Of a DNA stretch of 64,000 nt, positions 1 through 11,399 are shown piece by piece; position 1 is the first letter of the stretch; each line of letters begins with the position of its first letter. The stretch lies in assembly GCF_006345805.1 (NCBI RefSeq), contig NC_042997.1, positions 132,122,001 through 132,186,000 of the forward strand. Direction: 5' to 3'. The position numbers and the translations under genes were made by a program. The notes beneath the pieces are model-generated. The model was given only the letters and a program-made list of their open reading frames with translations. It searched no databases and was not told the origin of the DNA. The DNA comes from Octopus sinensis. Its lineage: Eukaryota.

Positions 1-151
1 GCTTCCTTCAGTTTCTGTCTACCAAATCCACTCACAAAGCTTTGGCTGGCCTGAGGCTATAGTAGAAGACACTTGCCATGCAGTGGGACTGAACCTGGAA
101 CCATGTAGTTCGTAACCAAGCTACTTACCACACAGCCACTCCTACGCCTAT
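1..151 (-). mobile_element. tRNA-derived SINE family A (5' part)
   Basis: Reverse complement of the family A head at 533. Confidence 0.85.
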
Positions 152-532
152 GTATATACTCAATATAATACCTATATAATTGTAGAAGTTTCCAAAGATC
201 ATATACAATGATGCCCCATAAAAAAGAACATTAACTACACAACTGAAATAGCCAACATGATAAAACCAGAATTAGCATCAAACAGGATCCACCAACATCA
301 CACACAGCAGAAATATGAATAACCATAAAACAAAATAAACTTAGAAATAAGAAAATATAGCAAAGGAAAGCATAAAATTATATCAGACATTTGCATCCAA
401 CAAAAATCACAACACATGTAGAACAATGATATGCAAAGTATGAAGCAACAACGATTAAGCTAACAATGAGCATACTACATTATATAGGCGCATATATAGA
501 GCATACTACAGATATAGGCATAGGAGTTGCTT

Positions 533-927
533 ATAGGCGCAGGAGTGGCTGTGTGGTAAGTAGCTTGCTTACCAACCACATGGTTCCGGGTTCAGTCCCA
601 CTGCATGGTACCTTGGGCAAGTGTCTTCTACTATAGCCTCGGGTTGACCAAAGCCTTGTGAGTGAATTTGGTAGACAGAAACTGAAAGCCTGTTGTATAT
701 ATGTATATATATATGTGTATGTGTGTTTGTGTGTCTGTGTTTCCCCCCCCCCAACATTGCTTGACAACTGATGCTGGTGTGTTTATGTCCCTGTAACTTA
801 GCAGTTCGGCAAAAGAGACCGATTGAATAAGTACTAGGCTTACAAAGAATAAGTCCTGGTGTCGATTTGCTTGACTAAAGGCGGTGCTCCAGTATGGCCG
901 CAGTCAAATGACTGAAACAAGTAAAAG
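533..927 (+). mobile_element. tRNA-derived SINE family A (full length; CORE-like ACCTTGGGCAAGT, internal TA/TG microsatellite, GAAACAAGTAAAAG tail)
   Basis: A/B-box-like head (TGGCTGTGTGGTAAG, GGTTCAGTCCC); many copies in the window. Confidence 0.9.
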
Positions 928-1251
928 TGTGTTGTGAGGGTCTCCGTTATGTTGTTGCTCAGCCTACTAAAACTAGTAGCTAAATTACCTTTAAATCTGA
1001 TCCTACTGTCTTGAAAAAGGAAGGGACACATTAGAGAGTATGGTCCTGAAAAGACGGGAAGGTCATGGCTAGACTACCCTTGATTGTAGGTTAGGTGTGC
1101 TCAATCAAGGTTGATGTGGGGCTAAACAGCAAAAATGACATCATTATCGTTGCCATCATCATCATCAACAGTAACAACAAAGGCACTTACAGCAATATCA
1201 ACAACAACAGCACCAGCAGCAACAAGTGCAGCAGCATAACCACCACCACTT

Positions 1252-1857
1252 ATGAAGCAGCATAAGGAATGGCTTAGCCCTGCTAAACAAGTAACACCAT
1301 GCGTGAAACAAGATCTTCATCCATGTAAAACGATGTTGTGCGTATGGTGGGACTGGGAAGGGATTATCCATTACGAATTGCTTGAATGGAACCAAATGGT
1401 CAACGCAGAACTCTGTACTGAACAGATGGAACACCTCAACACAGCTATTCAAGAGAAAAGACCTAATCAGCAGCATGGAGTTATTCTGCTGCACGACAAC
1501 ACCCGCCCTCTTATCGCCAATATGACCAGGGAAGCCATTCAAACGCATGGCTAGGAAGTGCTGCCGCTCCCGCCGTACTCTCCTGATTTGGCACCAACAG
1601 ATTTCCACCTCTTTCAAATGCTATGTGCAGAGTTTCGTTCCACAATGATGCAGAATTGAGAGCTTGGTTGGATCAATTTTTCAAGTTGAACTCGGGTGAA
1701 TTCTACCAACGAGGTATTGAAAATCTTGTTGAACATTGGGAAGAAGTTGGAAACAACAAGGGTGAATACATTATTGATTAATTAGTTGCCATTTTTTATT
1801 AAACCTTTTGAAAAATTTAAATTTTAAAAAATGGCGGGAACTTAGTTGTCAACCCAA
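1252..1857 (+). mobile_element. 5'-truncated mariner transposase relic with right TIR
   Basis: MLCVWWDWEGIIHYELL, LLHDN and, after a TAG at 1552, PPYSPDLAPTDFHLF. Frameshifted C-terminus FYQRGIENLVEHWEEV...GEYIID*. TIR ...CGGGAACTTAGTTGTCAACCCAA followed by TA. Confidence 0.93.
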
Positions 1858-2358
1858 TACACACATATATATATATCCATGAATGGCTTCATTCAGCTTC
1901 TTTCTACCAGTTTCTGTTACAAGGCTTTGATCAGCTCAGGGTTATAGAAAAAGACACTTGCCCAAAGTGCCATGCTGTGAGACTGAACTCGGAACCATGT
2001 GGTTGGGAAGTAAGCTTCTCACCACACAGCCATGATTGCACCTATATAACTTCATTTTTTTGTTTTTATTCTAACCCCAAGAATGACGAAAGGCAAAGCT
2101 GACTTCTGAGGAATTTGAAATCAGAACAGAAAGCAACATAACCAAATTCTACACAAGCTTTGGCCTAATGCTTGACTAATCCATTTGCTATTATATTACT
2201 GTTTTAAATCCGTAGATTAACTTATCTGTTCTTAATATACTTTTGAAATTTAAACTATAATTTCTAGAGTTTAGAAGAAAAAAAAAAGCATTCCTGTCTA
2301 AAGAAAAAAAAATTATATATATATATATATATATGTTTTAAGATCTAAAGTGACTTAC

Positions 2359-2543
2359 CAGATATTCTTTTCTCTGGTTTATGTTTAATGTCTAAATTCT
2401 TTATCGTTCGTGTCAGTTCTTCACAGTGAGTTTGAGTTCGTTCCAACTCAATCTTAGTCAACATCTTGTGTTTCATAGCAGATTCGTATCTTTCTTTAAA
2501 CTCTTTCAATGTTGGTTCAAAAGCACTGTAATGCTTCTTAAGA
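2359..2543 (-). CDS. SPAG16: SPAG16 coding exon 7 (LKKHYSAFEPTLKEFKERYESAMKHKMLTKIELERTQTHCEELTRTIKNLDIKHKPEKRIS-G); gene continues left of the window
   Basis: Matches the recalled SPAG16/PF20 coiled coil LKLHYASYEPTIRVLHEKHHTLLKEKMLTSLERDK. TTACAG acceptor, GTAAGT donor. Confidence 0.95.
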
Positions 2544-2579
2544 CTGTAAGAAACAGATATAGAGGTACTTATATATTTT

Positions 2580-2995
2580 ATCTCTTCTTTTTCAGTCTCT
2601 AGGATTGTGGCCATGCTGGGATACTGACTTGAAGGGTTTAGTTAAGCAAATCAAGTTTGGTGCTTATTTTTTTAAAAGTTTGGTATTCATTCTACTGGAC
2701 TGTTTTGCAAAACCACTAAGTTACAAAGGATAAAAACAAACACTGATTGTTAAAGGACTCAAACATACATGCACACACGCACACATGCACACACATACAC
2801 ACACACATGCACCCTCCCACCACCACCACATACAATGGGCTTCTGCACAGCTTCCATCTACCAGATTCACTTACAAGGTTGGCCCTGTGAGAAAGTAGAA
2901 GACACTCGTCCAAGGTACTCTGCAGTGGAACTGAACCCAAAACCATGTGTTTGTAAAGCAAGCTTCTTAACCACACAGCCATGCTGTGCCTAGCC
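2580..2995 (-). mobile_element. SINE family A, diverged
   Basis: Tail (GTGGCCATGCTGG) and head (CCACACAGCC) segments in reverse orientation. Confidence 0.7.
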
Positions 2996-3649
2996 GTATA
3001 ATTAAGTTAAAATGCAATGTAATCAATGTTGTACATCCTAAAATCCTTAAAAATGTTTTAGCCTGAAGGCCACGGCCATGCTGGGGCAGACAAAAAAACT
3101 TAGTAATTTATTGAAAATTTTCCCCTCAGCTGGAGAAACGAAATAAAAACCTAGTAGCAATTGTTAGAAGCTCTAAAAGAAAAGGTGAGATAATTTCAAG
3201 AAATTGACAGTTCTCAGTTTACACAAGCAGTACTCTATGAAAATTCCATGGTTATTTTGAAAACTGTAAGATGGCAGAAAGTTTATAGAGAATGATGAGA
3301 TATGTAGTTTCTTTAGAAAATGTATTTTGTTTGAAATATTTGATTTTTTAAGAAGTATAAAACTCCACATGGGTAGGACTGAATGTACAGTCTTAGGAGA
3401 CAGCATCTCTAAATGCAATAGTCCTTGCCATATACTGATCACTTGTTCTGCCTTGAGTGTTGTTATCTGTTATCTTCACTTTATGACAAAAGGTAAATAA
3501 TCTTATCTATGGAACAAAATTGAAGACATAACATATCTAAAATATTGTTCTGCTGCTATATGACTATATTAGTAAAACTTGAACAAATCTTAATATATTT
3601 TATTACATCCTTATTGTCGTCGTCGTTGTCGTCATCATCATCATCATCG

Positions 3650-4263
3650 TTTAACATCCACTTTTCATGCTAGCATGGGTTGGACGATTTGACTGAGGAC
3701 TGGTGAACCAGATGGCTGCACCAGGCTCCAATCTTGATCTGGCAGAGTTTCTACAGCTGGATGCCCTTCCTAACACCAACCACTCCTAGAGTGTAGTGGG
3801 TACTTTTACATGCTACTGGCACGAGGGCCAGTCAGGTGGTACTGGCAACAGCCACGCTTAAATGGTGCTTTTTATGTGCCACCTGCACATGAGCCAGTCC
3901 AGCGGCACTGGCAACGACCTCGCTCAAATATTTTTTTCATTTGCCACCAGCACAAGTGCCAGTAAGGCAATGCTGGTAACAATCACACTCGAATGGTGCT
4001 TTTTACATGCCACCGGCAAGAAAGCCAGTTAGCTGCTCTGTCAACGATCATGCATAGATGGTGCTCTTAGCGCTCCACTAGCACAGATGCCAGTCATCAA
4101 ATTTGATTTCGATTTCTCTTGCCTCAACAGGTCTTCGCAAGCAGAGTTTAGTGTCCAATGAAGAAAGGTACACATAAGTGGGCTGGTTACACCCCTGGCA
4201 TAGGCCACAGGTTATGGTCTCACTTGGCTTGCCGGGTCTTCTCAAGCACAGTATATTTCCAAA
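3650..4263 (-). mobile_element. Repeat family B (RTE-like 3' end GGACGTTAAA(CGAT/GAT)n with internal about 60-bp subrepeats)
   Basis: TTTAACATCC...CCATGCTAGCATGGGTTGGACG...GGATGCCCTTCCTAAC. Copies also at about 9680, 14545, 23120, 25060, 26095, 26960 and 28020. Confidence 0.8.
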
Positions 4264-5869
4264 AGTATTGGAAAGTTTGTATGGCTAGACTGGAACCCAC
4301 AGTTCCACTGAACGAGGTATAGTAGCTGCTACAGTGAGTGAATTTTTAGAAAACACATCAGTTAAATAGGCAAAGGTATACCATATGGTTAAAAACATTA
4401 CTTTTTAACTACTGATGTCACAAACTTTGCTATGTCTTCATAGTCTTTTTTCTCTTGGCACCATCTTTGTGTTTGAATCTCATTATCACCTCACACCCCT
4501 TCTCTTGCATGTTTACTTTAACTATCACCTCTCACAATCCTGTGTTTCACTTTCTTTCCCTTTCTTTACCTCACTGTCACTTTTTCCACTCTCTCTCAGC
4601 TCCTCTCCATTTCAATGTTTCAGTATCTTTCTCTGTTCAACATTATCAATACCAACATGCATGCACACACACACACACACACACACACAATTTACATAGA
4701 AACACATATACTATTCCTGTTATTAAATATACAAAGATGCATTTGCATATACTCCAAACACATACAGAAAGAGAGAGAGGGTGGGGGAGGGAGGGAGAGA
4801 GAGCAATGGAGATGGAGAGAGAGAGAGTGAAAGAGGGAGAAATAGAGAAAGACTCAGTTTCTAACTTCTTAGAAGTTTTATTTTCTCTCTGTCTATCTCT
4901 TTTTATGTCTCTCTCACTTCTCCCTCAACACAAAAGTTAGCCAGGTAGGAATGTATTATTGTGTTGATACACAGATACTTAGGAAAAAGACAGTCTGACT
5001 TTGGTTTGTAGGCAAGGGACATCTACAGACGTGCTCTGATCTGTTAGACTTTGTTAACGCAATAAAGTGTAATGAAGCTTGCTAAGCAGTTGACAGATTT
5101 TTATACATGTATTACTGTGTGTCTGTGTTTCTTTTTGATTGGGTATATGTGGATGCTATATGTGGCTGTGTGAGTACATGTGTATGAATAACATCTTGCT
5201 GAAGTCATCATTGGCTTCTGTCTTTCCCATTCAACTTAATCAAATAAGTGTAGCTTCAGGAGTCATTAGAAATGAAATGGCCAAGTGGCCAACTTATAGA
5301 ACTTAAGTTCAATTCTACATCAGGTGCTTTAGTGTGTATTTAGGTATTACTCATAATTCTACCCACTTCACTTAATCATCAGGATTAGATAACAGATCTT
5401 CCTAAGAATTTTAATTAGAAGAGTTATGTTTAGAGTGGAGAGTAGATTTATCATGCAGCCATTTAATGCCATGAAATCGAAGCCATACACCAGCACTTAA
5501 AAGCACCATTTGAAGGAATAGGCATGGTGGTTAATGCAGGGCCTAAGGTAAGATGGTGGTCTGGACATAATAAGGATGATGAGAACAGGAAGGTTAGAGG
5601 ATCTGTAGTTTCTGAGTAAAGGTTGCACAAAACCAGGAAATTACAAGAAATAGAGGTCATTATAGTAGTAGCAAAAAAAGAAAAGTAGAAAGAGGGAAAC
5701 CACCTGCCTGTGGGGAGAGGTTAGAGTGAATCTAGTAGTGAATATAGTAAGTTAAAAAAATTTCGAATAACTTAAGTTATCTGTGCAATTATTAAATAAA
5801 CACTTCCTCTAAAATTCATATGCAAGGTACATAACTCCAATGAAATTAATTGAAGTAGAAAATGTAGCA

Positions 5870-6260
5870 GATGCAGTGTTGGAATTGGCTGTGCTTTACA
5901 ACCATGTTGTTTTAGGTTCAGTCCCACTGCACTGTATCACGGGAAAATGTCTTCTGATAGAGCCTTGGCTGACCAATGTCTTGCAAATGAACTTGGTAGT
6001 TTGAATCTGTGTGGAAGCTTGTCATATATATATATACATATCTGTGTGTGTGTGTATGTGTCTCTATGTATCTGACTTTGTCCTTCACAAGTGGTGTTGG
6101 TTTGATTATGTCTCCATAACTTAGTGGTTCAGACCAATAGAGTGGTATCTTAAAAAGAAACAAAAAGCACTGAGGTAGATTTCTTAAAATAAAAACAAAA
6201 ACCCTAAAGTGGCACTGCAGCATGGTCACAATCCAATGACTGAAACAAGTAAAAGATAAA
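5870..6260 (+). mobile_element. SINE family A, diverged
   Basis: GGTTCAGTCCCACTGC head and CAATGACTGAAACAAGTAAAAG tail. Confidence 0.75.
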
Positions 6261-7061
6261 GTGGTGAAAGTGGTGAAGAATATATGTTCTTCTATCTCAG
6301 GGGAGGGGCTATTGACAGTCTCGTGGAGAATAATATGGATAGTCGAGTCCTGCGGGACTCGACTTGTACTGACAGCCCAGAGTGGCCTCCGCAGGTGGCT
6401 GCTCTGGTGCTGGAAAGAAAGTACTGTGATCTTATAATTGACTTGTGTAAAAACGAGAATTATAGAATTCTTTTTTGGAGCTCTGAACTGCAGTTGGAGG
6501 AATGCCTGCAAGTCGCAAGAAAATTGCTTGGGGAGGGATTGTAGAGGTTTATCGCCTCCAATTTGTGTATAAATTGTGTTTTATAATTGTATGGACTTTT
6601 TAGTCCAAATACATTGTATTTTAAATTGTAAGAGGGTTAATACCTCTGTATATGTGTTTTTAAAGAACAATGTTTTAGAGAAGCAGAGGGTCAGTGGGCA
6701 CTTTCTGTCTTCTTCCATCTTTATCATTTTTGTATCATAATCATTTGCTTTATCAACGTCTGTATCCAGCCCACAAAGCTACTTTATCTATGTGCTGCCT
6801 ACATGGCAAATTTAATGAATGAAAGTAAAAGATAAAGCAATGGACATGTTTTGATCTTATGAAACCTCCTTGGTGAAGCATATTCACTCTATTTCAACAA
6901 ATCAATTGATTAACTGATTCATGGTTTTCGTTTCTAATCCTACAGAAGCTGGCTTAAAACAACCATTTGACTGGCTGCAATCAGATTGTAAGGAAGATGT
7001 ATTGATAATTTTTTTGAATGCTGATGAACCAATCAGTTAATTTGTGTGATAAGCAATTTAC

Positions 7062-7169
7062 CGTCTGATGTCGTTCATAAGATTATCTCTTTCTTGAACA
7101 ATTCGATGATGGTTCATTCGATGGAAGTCTCTCTGTTTCTGTAATTTTAGATAGGCCTCTTTAGCTTTT
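7062..7169 (-). CDS. SPAG16: SPAG16 coding exon 6 (KAKEAYLKLQKQRDFHRMNHHRIVQERDNLMNDIR-R)
   Basis: Matches recalled KAREDLLKIQKERDFHRMHHKRIVQEKNKLINDL. Long pyrimidine tract plus CAG, GTAAAT donor, 108 bp, phase 2-2. Confidence 0.95.
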
Positions 7170-7682
7170 CTGAAAGAAAGAAGAAAAATATACTTTAAAA
7201 TATATTAGAATCTTCTTTGGATATTTACTTGTACTTAACTGAACAGAGTGGAGCAATGTGAAATGACGTGCTTAGCTCAAAGGCTCACAAACCCTAAACT
7301 TAGCATCTAACTTCTAAACCATATGCATTTTGTACTGTGACATCTGCAACAGGATGAGAGGTCCCTGCACTGGAAGGGTGCAGCTCACATCCTTTACAAT
7401 AAATATTAATCGAAGGAAAGAGTCAAGACTTCCGATTAACTTCAATAGTATAAATATTTATTTCTTGATTCGCAATATATTCATTTCTTCTTTCTGGGCA
7501 AATCGGCAGCCTAGGAGCTTATCGTAGTCGTCAAGTAGAGTGAGCCAAATCCTGTCAGTTCAAGCATAGCGGAGGTATGCCACGAAGTAGCAGCTTGAGA
7601 GAGCTGATAAAACATGACTGTCTTGTTCAGCTGCCGGCGTTCAAGAGAACGATACGAGGGAATTTTGCTGCTGCTAGTTTTC

Positions 7683-7767
7683 TGCGCATGCGCATGAGGG
7701 AACTTCCGGCAGGCCTCCTGGAAGACTCCAACTCTGCGCATGCGTGCTGGAGATTTCCAAGATGGCG
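7683..7767. promoter_or_regulatory. Intronic housekeeping-type promoter motif cluster (NRF1-like x2, ETS, YY1)
   Basis: TGCGCATGCGCA 7683-7694, ACTTCCGG 7702-7709, TGCGCATGCGT 7735-7745 and CAAGATGGCG 7758-7767, in a CpG-rich island. Confidence 0.6.
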
Positions 7768-8055
7768 TCACTACACATCAAACTGCAGGCTTTCTACTCT
7801 TCTTGACTGTTTACCACCAATTTGCTATAGATTCATATTTAAGTATGCAGAAAAGTCTATTTATAGCAACAGCTGCATATTTCTGCTGCAACAATACATT
7901 GGTATTTTCAAAACCATTTTTTTGATTCAAAATTATTTGAGCATATTAAAATTCCTTTTGTTTTTTCTTCTCTTTTATTCTCTTGTGTATCATTTCTCTC
8001 ATTTTTGTCTGCCCCTCTATTATAAAATAAGTAGATTTTAAGTTGTCTTTTTGAA

Positions 8056-8444
8056 AGGTGCAGAAGTGGCTGTGTGGTAAGTAGCTTGCTTACCAACCAC
8101 ATGGTTCCGGGTTCAGTCCCACTGCGTGCCACCTTGGGCAAGTGTCCAAGCCTTGTGAATAGATTTGGTAGATGGAAGCTAAAAGAAGCCCATCATATAT
8201 ATATATGTGTGTGTGTGTGCGTGCGTGTGTGTGTGTGTATGTTTGTGTGTCTGTGTTTGTCCCCCAACATTACTTGGTAACCGATGTTGGTGTGTTTACG
8301 TTCCCGTAACTTAGTGGTTCGGCAAAAGAGACCGATAGAATAAGTACTAGGCTTACAAAGAATAAGTCTTGGGGTTGATTTGCTTGACTAAAGGCGGTGC
8401 TCCAGCATGGCCGCAGTCAAATGACTGAAGTAAAAGAGTAAAGA
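8056..8444 (+). mobile_element. SINE family A
   Basis: Near-identical to 533-927. Confidence 0.9.
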
Positions 8445-9614
8445 GATGTATACCTGAATCATTGTGTGTGTGTGTGTGTGTGTGTGAGCAATGATTGTTT
8501 CTCAGAAATTTTGGTCGTTTTGCCAATGTAATAATTCCTTAATTGTATTTATATTGTACACAAGGAGATTAATAAGTTGATCTACTGACCACACAGTTAT
8601 AATCTCAGTTTGTACTGTTGTCATTGTATTGTACCTTGGAGCAAATTACCAAAGTCTGTTTACTTCAGATTGTCTCAATGAACAAAAAATAGTCGCCAAC
8701 AGCTCTTCAGAGTCGAGTGATTAACATAGAAAGAACATGCAGGTGTAAAAGTTAATTTATCACAGAGCTTCTATGCAGTATGTCAAACTATAAGGAATAC
8801 AACAAAATCTCTCTCTTGAACCATATCCTATCATTTTAAATTAAAGTCATATTAGATAATGTAGTCTTAGATACATTATGTATAACAAAAAACAAAACAA
8901 AACAAAAAAAAAACTTAAAAAACGACGCACAGTTCGCAACGGAATTTTCGATTAAAACTGATAACAATAATCGAAATATCCAAGGGAAATAATTTTTAAC
9001 GAAATAACTTTGAGTTATTTCCCTTGCAAATCGCGAGTATGAATAGTGAACTTTTGTTCACTATTTATACTCGCTAACGTTTTTTAGTTACAGTTTAGGC
9101 GTTTAATCAGAGTCCTGCTGTCGCAAAAAAAAAAAAAAAAAAGGTTGAAAGCGTACACAATTGCAGGCCCCAATTTTTTTTGCACCACGAACCAGTTTCA
9201 TTCAAGGCATTTTTTTCCCCCACGGACCAAGAAACCGTGCGCATAACAAAACATAAACAGCATTCTAGTTTGTCTGGCATGTATTGCAAGACCTGAATAC
9301 AGTAATAATAACAATATTATACCAGGGCAATATTAAGAATTAGTTATCAAAAATTTCTTTAGAAACATTTTTAAAATGAGCTAAAATGCATCAAATCACA
9401 TGTTATTTGAAGCAAAGTATTATTTTTTCACCTTTCAAACATTCAGTTAATCAATTGTGATATATAAATGCAAAAATGCCAGCTTGCCACCTTTGACACA
9501 ACTAAATAAGGCAAGGCATTTGTCTGATATTACTCACGAAGAAGTTTATTGAAAAGCCAACTATTGTAAATGCATTTAATTCAAAACTATCATCATTAGC
9601 GTTTGATTAATTGA

Positions 9615-9656
<42 letters not shown>

Positions 9657-9867
9657 CATCATCATCATCATCATCATCATTAGCGTCCGTTTTCCATGCT
9701 AGCATGGGTTGGACGGTCTGTGAAGCCAGAAGGCTTCATCAGGCCCAGTCAAATCTGGCAGTGTTTCTACGGCTGGATGCCCTTCCTAACGCCAACCACT
9801 CCGTGAGTGTAGTGGGTGCTTTTTACGTGCCACCCGCACTGGTGCCAGACAGAGCTGGCAAAAATAA

Positions 9868-10360
9868 TAATAATGAGATTATTGTATACAGTGCTCAGGT
9901 GCACCACAATTTGTCAAAAGTGTGTATAAAGCATATGCTGTAATGTACAAATGTCTGGGAAGTGAACAGTGTATGAGTCAGATACATGCTTGTGTGCGTA
10001 TGGAGGGGAGAAAATCAGGTGTAGTATTGGCGAATCTCAGGAAGCATGGAAGTTTTGAAGGATGCAGTGCTCCGACAACTAACAATTGATGCCGGCAGTT
10101 TGTTTCATACTTCAGCAACTCTTAGCATGAAAAAATGTTTCCAAAATTCATGGCAGCGTGCTGTTTTCTGACTTTGTAAACATGTCCCTGGGTGTTAGAC
10201 AGGTGGAGTTTGAAAAGGTGCTCAGAGTTATTGTTAGTAAGATGGCTAATAATTTTATGGGTGTCTGCCAAGTCAGCTGCCAGACGTCGGAGTTTCAATG
10301 TATCCATGCCCAGGGACTTAGTATTGAATGTTTAGAAGAGGTAAAAATAATACTTTGCTT
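9868..10360 (-). mobile_element. CR1-type LINE 3' end
   Basis: Minus strand reads DTLKLRRLAADL...EHLFKLHLSNTQGHVYKV, then FFMLRVAEVWNKLPASIVSC...FKTSM, with an (ATT)n tail. Confidence 0.8.
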
Positions 10361-11399
10361 CAAATTACACGTGATTTGATACATTTCAGCTGATTTTTAA
10401 AAATGTTTTAGAAGAAATTTTTGATAACTAATTCTTAATATTGTCTTGAAATATTGTTATTGTTATTGTAACCAGGGCTTGCCCTACATACTTAGACAAA
10501 CTAGACAATTACATAAGGTATTAAAATCTGCACAAGTTCTGAACAATGTAAGCTAAATTCTTTGATCCAAGCAAAAAGAAAATCTCAGTAATGCAGGAAA
10601 CAGGAAAGGTCACTCTCAGAACAGTGGAGTGTAGAGGCAAGATTTGGGGGTGGGGCAGGGAAGAAAAGAGAGTTATGTAGTGTCATAACTTGTCACATGA
10701 TTTGGTATGCAACATAAAATTTTGCCTGGTAACAGATTTACTTGGTGACATGCATGATAATAAAACTAGAGATATTTTGGTGGTAATTCAATCTTAGTTG
10801 CCTAACTGAATTTTTCAGTTTGTGTAAAAAGGTGAGTGACTGGAGAAAATTCAGTAAAGGGGCTGAGAAAAGGGAGCGTACAGAATGGAGCATATATTGA
10901 AGGACTGAGAGAAGGGAGAGCAAATTGTGGGGCTGGGAGAAAGGGCCACATATTGTAGATGCATATTGTAGGACTAGCTAAGGGCAATGAATATATGGTC
11001 CTGGCCCTATCCCTGGACAAAATATAGGTGTTTTCTATCTTAAGAGTTTTGTTGGATTCTAGCGACTGAAATCCCAGTTAATTTGTTTTAAGCAAAAAGG
11101 AATGCAGTGTAAATAATGGACAAAGTCAAGACTATTGAAAAGGTTGCAAGACAATGAAAATTTTAGGAAAATAAAAATAAGGAATAAGTGGAAATTTTAC
11201 TGGTGAGTGTGTTACATTATAAGGCACAAAAAGAAAATGACTCTTCCTAGACACAACAGAATATTCTTCAACACCCGCACTCATATAAAGAATCTTGCAA
11301 ACCAAATCCCAAAACAAAAAAGTGAGTAATTAATTATGAACTAGAACTAAGAAACAAAATGCATTAAAAAAAATAAGCCAACATAATTTCTGTACTTAC

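Noticed and set aside
533-610. tRNA genes at SINE heads (also 13515, 16980-17048, 25817, 30982)
   Set aside because: A/B boxes are present, but there is no complete cloverleaf and each continues into a SINE body.
5918-6511. 197-aa minus-strand ORF as a SPAG16 exon or separate gene
   Set aside because: More than half is the antisense of a SINE plus microsatellite, it has no SPAG16 similarity, and exons 6 and 7 already join in frame.
7021-7030. CTGATGA hammerhead-core-like strings (also about 17515)
   Set aside because: No flanking helices or correctly placed GAAA.
7458-7640. Minus-strand frame with an internal TGA (YLRYA*TDRIWLTLLDDYDKLLGCRF...) as a selenoprotein
   Set aside because: No in-frame ATG, no SECIS-like AUGA/AA/GA element recognised, and no family match.
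7577-8041. 154-aa plus-strand ORF across the promoter-like island
   Set aside because: Compositionally heterogeneous, runs into T-rich low-complexity sequence, and has no recognisable domain.
10472-11016. Possible hAT MITE bounded by CCAGGG/CCCTGG
   Set aside because: Only 6 bp of terminal match and no target-site duplication.
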